Positions 26,899 to 36,027 of a stretch of 42,344 nt of DNA are shown here, one piece after another. Under the pieces are notes generated by a model, which ran no database searches, was not told the origin of the DNA, and saw only the letters and a program-made list of their open reading frames with translations. Source of the DNA: Prevotella sp. (GTDB taxonomy: Bacteria; Bacteroidota; Bacteroidia; Bacteroidales; Bacteroidaceae). Every line of letters begins with the position of its first letter. Within the stretch, counting starts at the first letter, position 1. A program made the translations under genes and the position numbers. The stretch lies in assembly GCA_017547605.1 (NCBI GenBank), contig JAFYPG010000163.1:1-42344 (forward strand), given 5' to 3'.

Positions 26899-28131
26899 CT
26901 AACAGAAAAAGAGGTAAGCAATGAAGATGGCTGCAATGATGCCGGCGAGATCGGCTAAGAGTCCGCAGGCGACAGCGTGGCGCGTCTTCACGATGCCCAC
27001 ACTGCCGAAATAGACAGCGAGGATATAAAATGTTGTATCAGTGCTTCCTTGGAAAATACAACTCAGACGACCCACAAACGAGTCGGCGCCATACGTCGTC
27101 ATCGCATCCACCATCATGCCGCGGGCCCCACTGCCCGAGAGGGGTTTCATCAGGGCTGTCGGCAGGGCACCCACGAAATCGGTGTTGCCACCCACTGATG
27201 CCACCGTCCACTCGATGCCATTAATCAGCATGTCCATCGCACCACTGGCTCTGAACACACCGATACCCACGAGGATCGCCACCAGATAGGGGATGATGCG
27301 GACAGCCGTTGTAAAGCCATCCTTCGCCCCCTCGATGAAGGCGTCATACACGTTCACCTTCTTCTTGACACCAGCCAGGATAAAGGCGATGATGATGGTC
27401 ATCAACAGGATGTTAGCCGTCGAAGTACTCACCTTGTTCATTAGCATGGAGTCGAGTTGTCCGAAGCCCCAGATGACGGCTGCCACTACGAGGGCAGCAC
27501 CTCCTAATGTCAGCAGCATCGTACGATTCAGCAAGTTGATCTTCTGGAAGAGGCTCGTAATGATGATGCCCGCCAATGTCGAGAAGAACGTGGCCAGTAG
27601 GATGGGGATAAAGATATCCGTAGGCTGGGCGGCTCCGAGTTGGGCACGATAGACTAATATGGAAATAGGTATGAGCGTCAGACCGCTGGTGTTCAGCACG
27701 AGGAACATGATCATCGGGTTCGAGGCCGTGTCTTTCTTCGTGTTCAGATCCTGCAACTGTTCCATCGCCTTCAGGCCGAGGGGTGTGGCGGCATTGTCGA
27801 GTCCCAACATATTGGCGGCGATGTTCATGAAGATGGAGCCCGTCACAGGGTGACCCTTGGGGATGTCAGGGAACAGTTTGACGAAGACGGGACTCAGCAG
27901 TCGGGCCAACACATTCACCACGCCGCCCTTCTCGCCGATCTTCATGATACCGAGCCAGAGCGACAAGACACCTGTTAGTCCCAACGAGATCTCAAACGCC
28001 GTTTTCGATGACGAGAACGTTGAGTCCATCATGGCTGGGAACACCTCGAAGTCTCCCCAAAACACCAATTTCACCAGCGCGATCACGAAGGCGATGATGA
28101 AAAACGCGATCCAAATGTAATTCAATACCAT
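26899..28131 (-). CDS. SpmA/SpmB fused nucleoside-recognition (Gate) membrane protein
   Basis: MVLNYIW, NIAANMLGLDNAATPLGLKAM, FIEGAKDG, KPLSGSGA, GSTDTTFY. ATG 28131. Confidence 0.9.
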   Translation of the reverse strand: MVLNYIWIAFFIIAFVIALVKLVFWGDFEVFPAMMDSTFSSSKTAFEISLGLTGVLSLWLGIMKIGEKGGVVNVLARLLSPVFVKLFPDIPKGHPVTGSIFMNIAANMLGLDNAATPLGLKAMEQLQDLNTKKDTASNPMIMFLVLNTSGLTLIPISILVYRAQLGAAQPTDIFIPILLATFFSTLAGIIITSLFQKINLLNRTMLLTLGGAALVVAAVIWGFGQLDSMLMNKVSTSTANILLMTIIIAFILAGVKKKVNVYDAFIEGAKDGFTTAVRIIPYLVAILVGIGVFRASGAMDMLINGIEWTVASVGGNTDFVGALPTALMKPLSGSGARGMMVDAMTTYGADSFVGRLSCIFQGSTDTTFYILAVYFGSVGIVKTRHAVACGLLADLAGIIAAIFIAYLFFC

Positions 28132-28189
28132 ACTGACTGCAAAGTTACAACTTTTTCCGTTATTACACAAAAGGGACGGCCCTTTTTGT

Positions 28190-28255
28190 GCAAAAAAAGA
28201 GGCGGCTGCTCTCGCAGACGCCCCTCTGATTAGTATTTTAGTACTTGATGAATTA
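28190..28255 (-). terminator. Conserved 3' hairpin/terminator element, copy 1 (others at ~30210-30277 and ~32291-32330)
   Basis: Minus strand AGAGGGGCGTCTGC-GAGA-GCAGCCGCCTCT-TTTTTT, with GNRA loop and U-tract. Confidence 0.7.
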
Positions 28256-30082
28256 TTATCTCTTAGTAAAGGTGTACCATTCGGTTCCTAATGCACCCTT
28301 GACATATTCCTTAAGGAGACTGGTTCCGTCGTTAAGGCTATACTTGTCATCGATATCCTGACGCTCGTTACACCATTCGAAGTCTGTGCCTACAGCGATC
28401 TTGCTGGCCACATCGCCCTTAGGAGCCTTCAACTCGCATGGTTTGTCGCCCTTGACAACATAGACATTGATACTGTTGGCAATCTCGCGGATAGTGCTGC
28501 CCGAATAAGAAGTCGGGGTAAAGGTGATGTCTGCCAGATTAGACTTGCCCTTCAGACCTTTTGACTCAGCGTGAGTGTTGATCATCGTATATTGGTCGAT
28601 GTCGAGGGTAGGATTAGCAGCTTTGTAAAGTTCATGTACCTCCTGGCCGTCGAGATATAGTGGCAGCGTACCACCGGCAGCCTTCAGGATAACCTGTACT
28701 GTGCCTTGACTTGGACCAGAGATGCAGCGGCGTACGTCAAAGACCACATCATTGAAGTCGAAGTCGGAGTTACCTTCCTTATCTGATTCAACGGTCAAGT
28801 CCTCAGCGATCACGCGGATAGCCTCCCATTCGTCTTGAGGGGTGTTTTCGGTCTTGGCCTCAGCCAGTGTCACGATCCAGTCGCTGTAGTAGCCGTCAGC
28901 GCAACCACCAACTATTGCCCACTCGCGCAAACTCTTGTTATCGATGGGCAGATAGCCTTGAGCAAGCAGACCGTCAATAAAATCGGTGTTCAACTGCTTG
29001 CCAATGTAGGCATTGTTGTTGTCTGCATCATAAAGATCTGTGTAAAGTTGTTCATCAGTCACATCTATCTTCACACCACAATAGCGGTTCATCTGGTCGC
29101 TCAGCATCTTCACGGGCTGACCATTGTACTGATAGACATAGTTGGTCGGCGTCTCACCGTTAATGATTAGTTCGGCAGAGTATTGGTTGAATCTCAAGGT
29201 CTTTGCAACCTCAACACCGTTTACCCATTCTGTAGCATAGCACTGGTCGTCAATCATCTGCTCGAAGTCGAAGCCCATGAACGAGCGATTCCAACCGTCA
29301 GCCAAGCAGTTGCCATTCAGATTATGTTCATTAGCCCAATCACGGATGGTTGTCCAACTTACCAAGCCGGTGTATTCTGTGTGGCGTAAACTACCATTAC
29401 TATTATAGTAGCCGAACGACTTGGTCGTCGAATTCTTCATATACATGATCTTGTCAGTATAGAAGGGACCGTCATTGGCATTACCACCCTTCTTGAGCAC
29501 ATGATCGTTTTCACCGCAGTCACCGTGATTGAAGTTGTTGATATGGTCAACAAATTCGGGATTAACCTCATCGTTGATGGCTGCCAGATGATCCATGTAA
29601 TCAGAGGCATAGAGTTCTGTCGTGCCGTTAAGTGCCATATAAGCCTCGGGAGAATATGGCTCATTATATGCGGGGTTTGTACCTGTCTTTGCCCCCGTAT
29701 GTCCTTTATACACCTGCTGAATAAAGAAGTTTGTCCACTGGGGATCGTTATAAGGGATATTCTTTACCGACTGGAAATACTCCTTCACCACGGCAATCTG
29801 CTCATCAGTCAGAGGAGGCGGAACCAGCAAGCCGCCATACTCCTTGTCGGGATCAGCCCACTCGTTGGCATTAGCGTTTTCTTCACGTGTGTTGGCCTGA
29901 GTAGAGCCGAAGCCCCAGTCCAAATCTGCAACGGGCTGGCCAAAACGGGTAACGAAGGCTTTTTCGTAAGTCTTCTGAATCTGCTCTTGTGTGCTCCCAC
30001 CATCCTCAATGTCATGGGAACAACTGGTGAATAGACCACCGAATACTACGGCAGCCATTCCTGTCATCAAATACTTTTTCAT
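28256..30082 (-). CDS. Surface lipoprotein with C-terminal DUF4842/LruC-like domain (array gene 1)
   Basis: MKKYLMTG..FTSC lipobox; DWGFG; RVIAEDL..DFDFNDVVFD, AAGGTLP, W..ERQDI..Y. ATG 30082 preferred. Confidence 0.8.
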   Translation of the reverse strand: MKKYLMTGMAAVVFGGLFTSCSHDIEDGGSTQEQIQKTYEKAFVTRFGQPVADLDWGFGSTQANTREENANANEWADPDKEYGGLLVPPPLTDEQIAVVKEYFQSVKNIPYNDPQWTNFFIQQVYKGHTGAKTGTNPAYNEPYSPEAYMALNGTTELYASDYMDHLAAINDEVNPEFVDHINNFNHGDCGENDHVLKKGGNANDGPFYTDKIMYMKNSTTKSFGYYNSNGSLRHTEYTGLVSWTTIRDWANEHNLNGNCLADGWNRSFMGFDFEQMIDDQCYATEWVNGVEVAKTLRFNQYSAELIINGETPTNYVYQYNGQPVKMLSDQMNRYCGVKIDVTDEQLYTDLYDADNNNAYIGKQLNTDFIDGLLAQGYLPIDNKSLREWAIVGGCADGYYSDWIVTLAEAKTENTPQDEWEAIRVIAEDLTVESDKEGNSDFDFNDVVFDVRRCISGPSQGTVQVILKAAGGTLPLYLDGQEVHELYKAANPTLDIDQYTMINTHAESKGLKGKSNLADITFTPTSYSGSTIREIANSINVYVVKGDKPCELKAPKGDVASKIAVGTDFEWCNERQDIDDKYSLNDGTSLLKEYVKGALGTEWYTFTKR

Positions 30083-30277
30083 ACCAAAAATATTCATAAA
30101 TTAATAGTTGTATATAAAGATTCTGCAAAGGTAGTGATTTTATCTGAATTCTCAAACTTTTTCCGCATTTTTTTTGCAGATCCTTAAAAAATGTTGCTTC
30201 CACATGTATGCAAAAAAAGAGGTCGCTGCTCACGCAGAGGCCCCTTCTCTAATTTAGTTATTTAAGTATTTGATGTA

Positions 30278-32122
30278 TTAATTCAATTTGTACCATTCCA
30301 CATAGGGGTTAGTAATCCACTCGTAGAATTTGGGATATCTCTTCGTGATGTTCTGACGCTCATCACAATAGTTGAACTTGGGCTTAACACCGATCTTGGC
30401 AGCGGGCTTACCCTCTGGAGCCTCCAACTCAACCCATACCTTCTGGCCGTTGATGACCTTCTCCACGTGGATGGGGATGGTCTTGCCGTTGGCAGCCTTC
30501 ACACCAGTCAGGGTGAACTGGATCTTCGGAGCAGCATTGACGGGAGCACCGCCCTTCAGATTCGGATGGGTTGTCTTGTTGATGGTATTGACCATATAGT
30601 CAACATCAACACCGAAGAGGCGGTGAACCTCATTTTCGGGATATGCCTTTCCGTTTTCAGGTTCCAAGACACCTACGATCAGCGGCAGCGTACCACCAGC
30701 AGCAACAAGCGTAATCTCTGCCTTGTCGTCTGCAGGGAATGTCACGTCGAATACGACATCGTTGAAGTCCCAGTCAGAATCCTCAATATCACCTTCCTGT
30801 GCCTTAGCATTTAAGTCCTCAGCAATGATGCGGAGACCCTGTGGCTTGTTCTCAGTCTTGGCCTCAGTCAGAGTCACGATCCAGTCGCTGTAGTAGCCGT
30901 CAGCGCAACCACCAACTATTGCCCACTCGCGCAAACTCTTGTTATCGATGGGCAGATAGCCTTGAGCAAGCAGACCGTCAATCACGTCGGTATTCAACTG
31001 CATGCCAATATAAGCATTGTTGTTGTTGGCATCTTCAAGTCTTGTATAAAGCTGTTGATCAGTAACGGTTATTTTTGTACCACAATAGCGGTTCATCTGG
31101 TCGCTCAGCATCTTCACGGGCTGACCATTGTACAGATATTCATAGTTGGTCTGCTTTACACCGTTGATATAATATTCACCATAGATAGTCAGGTGTTTCG
31201 GCGTGCCGCCCTTGAAGGTGGCAGGATTGGTGGAATAATCCCACGCTTCGTTTTCGTTAGCATAGCACTGGCCTTCGATCATCTGCTCGAAGTCGAAGCC
31301 CATGTATGAGCGGTTCCAGTCGTCATCCAGGCAACCATCATAACCATCGTAATGATTCTTTGCCCAATCATCAATTACCGTCCAACTTACCAAGCCTGTA
31401 TATTCATTATGGTATAAGGAACCGTTGCTGTTAAAGTAGCCGAACGACTTGGTTGTCGAGTTCTGCATCAGCATGATCTTGTCAGTATGGAAGGGACCGT
31501 CATTGGCATTACCGCCATTATCGAGCACCTCATGGTTCTCACCGCAATCGCCGTGGTTGAAATTGTTGATATGATCAAAGAAATTATTCTCTTCGTCGAT
31601 GGCTGCCAGGTGATCCATGTAGTCAGAGGCATAGAGTTCTGTCGTGCCGTTAAGTGCCATATAAGCCTCGGGAGAATAAGGCTCATTATAAGTGGGGTTT
31701 GTTCCTGTCTTGGCAGCAGTATGTCCCTTATATACTTGCTGCATAAAATAGTTGGTCCACTGAGGATCGTTATAAGGGATATCCTTCACCGACTGGAAAT
31801 ACGCCGTCACAACAGCCCTCTGCTGAGGAGTCAGGGCGGGGGGAACTAACAGACCGCCATATGCCTTGTCGGGGTCTGCCCACTCGTTGGCATTGGCATT
31901 TTCTTTACGTGTACCTGCATAAGAAGAACCGAAGCCCCAGTCCTGGTTAGAGGCGGGCTGTCCAAAGGTTTCAATAAACGCTGCTGCGTAGTCTGCTTTG
32001 ATTTTCTCTACACCATTCTCAATAATGGTGTTCTCGTCGTAAAGGTCTTCGCCTTTTGAGCAACTGGTAATTGCAGCGCAGAAAGCAAGGGCTGCCATAC
32101 CTGTCATCAAATACTTCTTCAT
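30278..32122 (-). CDS. Surface lipoprotein, close paralog of gene 1 (array gene 2)
   Basis: MKKYLMTG..ITSC; NQDWGFG; RIIAEDL..DWDFNDVVFD, AAGGTLP, ERQNI..YPKF..W. Own -7 box at 32208-32215. Confidence 0.82.
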   Translation of the reverse strand: MKKYLMTGMAALAFCAAITSCSKGEDLYDENTIIENGVEKIKADYAAAFIETFGQPASNQDWGFGSSYAGTRKENANANEWADPDKAYGGLLVPPALTPQQRAVVTAYFQSVKDIPYNDPQWTNYFMQQVYKGHTAAKTGTNPTYNEPYSPEAYMALNGTTELYASDYMDHLAAIDEENNFFDHINNFNHGDCGENHEVLDNGGNANDGPFHTDKIMLMQNSTTKSFGYFNSNGSLYHNEYTGLVSWTVIDDWAKNHYDGYDGCLDDDWNRSYMGFDFEQMIEGQCYANENEAWDYSTNPATFKGGTPKHLTIYGEYYINGVKQTNYEYLYNGQPVKMLSDQMNRYCGTKITVTDQQLYTRLEDANNNNAYIGMQLNTDVIDGLLAQGYLPIDNKSLREWAIVGGCADGYYSDWIVTLTEAKTENKPQGLRIIAEDLNAKAQEGDIEDSDWDFNDVVFDVTFPADDKAEITLVAAGGTLPLIVGVLEPENGKAYPENEVHRLFGVDVDYMVNTINKTTHPNLKGGAPVNAAPKIQFTLTGVKAANGKTIPIHVEKVINGQKVWVELEAPEGKPAAKIGVKPKFNYCDERQNITKRYPKFYEWITNPYVEWYKLN

Positions 32123-32366
32123 TCTTTTTAAAATTTTAATGTTAATAATTGGTTATCTTTTCTAATAAATTGTTCCTTTTCTGAAATCCCGTTTTGAAAC
32201 GGTGCTGCAAAGATACATATTATTATATAAGGAAACCAATCTTTTTTAGTTAAAGATAGTTAATGTGTACGTAAACGACAACTTTTTGTTACAAATGAGG
32301 GGGCATCTGCTCACGCGGACGCCCCCTGCTGCAATGATTGTATTATTATCGTAACTTCTATTTTTC

Positions 32367-34538
32367 CTATTGAGGTCTGTAAATGACGTAGTTCAGAGTA
32401 AAGTACTGACCGTCGATATAAAGCTGGTCACCATCTTTTCCGAACCTCTCTTTATCATTGGTATATTGTAGTGTAAACTCTGCATAACCATTGAAAACCG
32501 GTGTGTTTTGATTATCGCCAATGAAACACCTCTGCCACCAAGCATCTCTTGCTCTCATCTTTGCTTCCTTTCCATCATCAACAGTACCGATAATAATTAC
32601 CTTGCCGCCTACAGCAAGATCATTCCAGTTTGCATAGGCAGGAACAGGCTCTTCTTTCCAGTCACCCATAGCTTGACCTCCGTTGTAGAGAATGATATCA
32701 GTCTCCTGTAGGGTGAATTCTGTTGTTATGATCTCCTCAGTAACCGTTGGGCTGCCAATGTTGATATAAAACTCCTTTTCAAGATCAGAATCATCGTTGG
32801 CAAATGTTCCTCCGTAGGGATTCGTCATTGTCAATGAGGCATCCCATCCGTTTTCATGATAGATGGCATTATCATTTCTATTGTTATAGAAGGTTTTGTT
32901 CTCATTCGTCTCTTTTTGAGCCCAACTGGCGAAATCCTGATAAGCTTCAATAATGCTTCTACGCTCACTGGGCCATTTCGTTCCGATGGGAAGACAAATC
33001 TTATGGGGCACAGTGCCTGGATCTGCATGTAACTCACCTACGGTCTGCATCGTGCTATTTGTCCAGTCGAGCGTCGCAGTCTCTGGATTATCTGATGTTT
33101 GCCACAACACCGAGATAGGGATGTCGTTGACCGTAATCTTGTGGTTAGGATTAGCGGTCTGCAAGGCCGTGATGATGGAGGTAATATTGACATCATAATA
33201 CTCTTTTGCACCAGGGAAAGCCTTCATGTTATCCCATGTCGTTAACTTGCCAGCGTGACTATCAACGGTGTTGATCATGGTTGTCTGACCAGGTTTGCCT
33301 TCAAACAAATCGTGGACGTTTTCAGTGTTGAACATCTTGGCAGGGATGGTTCCACCAGCAGCCAGCATACAGATGTCGGCTTCATATTTGATAGGTCCCA
33401 TCACCCATTCCCGATTGTTTGCATCACCGTTAATCGTGGTCTCGTCATACTCCTGGGTTTTCCAGATTCTGGCATCGAAAACGATATCGTTGAAGTCGAT
33501 GTCTTTCTGACCAGCTGCACCAAGGTCTTCACAGAAGACGCGGCCCTGTGCCAACAGTTTCTTATATTTCTTATGCTGTGTGCTTCTGGTGGTTACCGTC
33601 TGGCTGTAGTTGACGATCCCGGGTTTGGTCGATGTCGGATTGATGGCCATCACGATATCGTTACAGTCAAAGTCGCCCTGCCACCAGTCTTCCAGACCAA
33701 CGGCGTAGGTACCGTCAGACATAATAGCCACAGCGCTGTAGAAGTTACCGTCGGCATTACGCGACTTCTTTGAATACATCACATTATCTCCGTTTTTAAC
33801 CCAGAAACCCATACGGTTGCCTGCGGGGATATTAATTGTTAACTTCTTGGCCCTGACCTGATCAATATTCCAATGATCCTTCACGTGGTCACAAGTCCAT
33901 TGATAATATTCCTTATTGAAATTGTTCTTGCAATCACCACAATAGTTGTTACCATTGGGGTTGGGGTTGACAACCGGAGTTCCCCAGTTATGACCGTCAG
34001 CAAATCCGTACTGGAAATAAATCTGATTTTGGATGTTATCTACAAACCGCATATAATTAGGTTTGTTACTGCCGCCCTGTGCATTAGCATCCAAAGTAGG
34101 ATCATAATAATAATATCCAACTTCGTCCAGTGCAGAAGTGATGGCATAGACAATACAGAATTCAATGGGACCTTTGGACTCAAACTCGTAGTCGTTCAGT
34201 TTGCTGCCTGCAGAGATGCCTTCAGGAAGGGCAGACAGGATCTCATCAATCTTCGTCCTGGTAAATGTGTAATTGTAGTCGGTAGTGATGTCCCCCCAAT
34301 CAGCACGCGTCATGGGGCGAGATGGAGAACTCTCGTTTTCATCATTATCGACAACACCGGTAAAGCCCCAATTCTGATTTGGATCGACATCACCGCCAAT
34401 CAACTCTTTGAAGGCCTGATTATAGGCCTGTGTCTTTTGCTGGCCGAGGGGTACATAATCCACGTCGTGATCAGCACAACTGACTGCTAAACCACCTACA
34501 AAAATAGCCAGTAATCCGTTAATCAAATACTTTTTCAT
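32367..34538 (-). CDS. Surface lipoprotein with two DxDxND motifs, DUF4114-like + DUF4842-like (array gene 3)
   Basis: MKKYLING..AVSC; NQNWGF; GLEDWWQGDFDCNDIV and RVFCEDL..DIDFNDIVFD, AAGGTIP, WPSERRSI..AY.DF..W; extra ~100-aa C-terminal domain. Confidence 0.8.
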   Translation of the reverse strand: MKKYLINGLLAIFVGGLAVSCADHDVDYVPLGQQKTQAYNQAFKELIGGDVDPNQNWGFTGVVDNDENESSPSRPMTRADWGDITTDYNYTFTRTKIDEILSALPEGISAGSKLNDYEFESKGPIEFCIVYAITSALDEVGYYYYDPTLDANAQGGSNKPNYMRFVDNIQNQIYFQYGFADGHNWGTPVVNPNPNGNNYCGDCKNNFNKEYYQWTCDHVKDHWNIDQVRAKKLTINIPAGNRMGFWVKNGDNVMYSKKSRNADGNFYSAVAIMSDGTYAVGLEDWWQGDFDCNDIVMAINPTSTKPGIVNYSQTVTTRSTQHKKYKKLLAQGRVFCEDLGAAGQKDIDFNDIVFDARIWKTQEYDETTINGDANNREWVMGPIKYEADICMLAAGGTIPAKMFNTENVHDLFEGKPGQTTMINTVDSHAGKLTTWDNMKAFPGAKEYYDVNITSIITALQTANPNHKITVNDIPISVLWQTSDNPETATLDWTNSTMQTVGELHADPGTVPHKICLPIGTKWPSERRSIIEAYQDFASWAQKETNENKTFYNNRNDNAIYHENGWDASLTMTNPYGGTFANDDSDLEKEFYINIGSPTVTEEIITTEFTLQETDIILYNGGQAMGDWKEEPVPAYANWNDLAVGGKVIIIGTVDDGKEAKMRARDAWWQRCFIGDNQNTPVFNGYAEFTLQYTNDKERFGKDGDQLYIDGQYFTLNYVIYRPQ

Positions 34539-34722
34539 TGCAGAAAATACTTAATAGAATGTTACGTAACTTAATAAACTAAATCGATTTGGGTGCAAAT
34601 TTACTTAAAAATCCCCGAACTTACATCAAAATTGATGTTAAAATCTGTAAAACATGCGATTTCATGCTATGATTCTGCGATATATTTTGTAATTTTGGCG
34701 CAAAATAATAACAAAAACAGGT

Positions 34723-36027
34723 ATGAAACAACTCAAGTGGGCAGCTCTTGCCGCCATCGTGTTTATGATAGGCATGAATTTCTCATGCGCCCGAAACTTG
34801 TATGACGAGGAAAAATACAACGCCATTGTTGACAGTATCTCACCAGTGGATACGGTGGATGCCCATCACACGTGGACACTCACCGCGTCGAAGACATTAC
34901 AGATACAGGCGCCAGACACGGGTGACGTGCAGAAGGTTAAGATCCTGACGGCGAACCCCTGGGTGACAGGCGACGCTGAGGTGGTAGGCGAGGCATGGGT
35001 CTCGGCTGGAGAATTGTTCCAAATGCAGATTTCCTATCCGAACATCGTGACGACGCTCTATGCGGCATTGGTGGATGACGAAGGACGATACAGTGTCGTG
35101 CAGTTTGACACTGATACAGAGTCTGTACTGACCTTCTCCGACCTAATCGTCGATCATGAAAAACTGGCGTACGACCCACAGCCGCAGCAGTTTACCTACT
35201 GTTTCGAAGAGGAATATCCTGCCCCTGGTGATTATGATTATAATGATGTGGTCATGCGCGTATCGCAGAAACGTACTGGTGAGCGCGAGATACGGTTTAC
35301 TGTGCAGTTGGCTGCCGTTGGTGCCTCTGACCAGGTAGCCGCCGCTATCCGTTTGGCTGGATATAACTATAACGAGATAGAGAACGTGATGACGGTGGAT
35401 AGCCTGTCGTTCAACAGAACGAATGGCGAAGATTTCCCAGATCAGATGAAGACGGTGATCACAAAAGACAAGACGTCGTTCTACGAGTCATTCTTGTCAT
35501 CGGGTATGAATGGGGAGGCCGTGATAAATCTGTTTGGAGATGCCCACTGGGCTACGGGTGACCTGTTGGAAGTGAATTACGGTTCTATGAAGCGCAAGAA
35601 ATATAATGTGGCGAATACAGTCAGCACCGATAAGCCACAGTTTGTACCCCGCACCATAACGTATGTCGTCACTTTCAAGTCATCGGCTATCCTGAACAGC
35701 CTTTCGATGGATCAGGTGGATCCTTTCATCTTGAAGATGTACAACGGTGGTATTTTCGAGGTGCATCAGTTTAATTTCCAGAATTCTCCAGTGCTTTACG
35801 ATTACTCTCCGTCGAAGATCAAGAATCTGCCGTGGGGATTGTGTGTACCGAGGAAGGATTTCCACTGGCCAGTAGAAGGTCAGAATATTGGCTTCATCAT
35901 GAAGGAGGTCCATACGTATGGTGCCTACCAGACTACCGGACATGCGTTCGGTGAGTGGGCAATGGATCGTACCAAGGCACTTGACTGGTACAACTATCCC
36001 AAAGGTAACCTTGTGTTCTTGTTCTAA
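34723..36027 (+). CDS. DUF4842/LruC-like surface lipoprotein (array gene 4)
   Basis: Lipobox NFSC; YCFEEEYPAPGDYDYNDVVM, LAAVGA, PFI..EVH, LPWGLCVP..F.WPVE, F.EW..DWY. Confidence 0.85.
   Translation: MKQLKWAALAAIVFMIGMNFSCARNLYDEEKYNAIVDSISPVDTVDAHHTWTLTASKTLQIQAPDTGDVQKVKILTANPWVTGDAEVVGEAWVSAGELFQMQISYPNIVTTLYAALVDDEGRYSVVQFDTDTESVLTFSDLIVDHEKLAYDPQPQQFTYCFEEEYPAPGDYDYNDVVMRVSQKRTGEREIRFTVQLAAVGASDQVAAAIRLAGYNYNEIENVMTVDSLSFNRTNGEDFPDQMKTVITKDKTSFYESFLSSGMNGEAVINLFGDAHWATGDLLEVNYGSMKRKKYNVANTVSTDKPQFVPRTITYVVTFKSSAILNSLSMDQVDPFILKMYNGGIFEVHQFNFQNSPVLYDYSPSKIKNLPWGLCVPRKDFHWPVEGQNIGFIMKEVHTYGAYQTTGHAFGEWAMDRTKALDWYNYPKGNLVFLF

Noticed and set aside
28166-28190. Second hairpin CACAAAAGGG-ACGG-CCCTTTTTGTG upstream of spmAB as an ncRNA
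   Set aside because: Short and mostly A/T-paired; better explained as an auxiliary terminator overlapping the promoter region.
28256-32122. Diversity-generating retroelement (TR/VR pair) as an explanation for the near-identical blocks
   Set aside because: No reverse transcriptase in the window, both copies lie in intact genes, and the differences include indels and are not adenine-specific.
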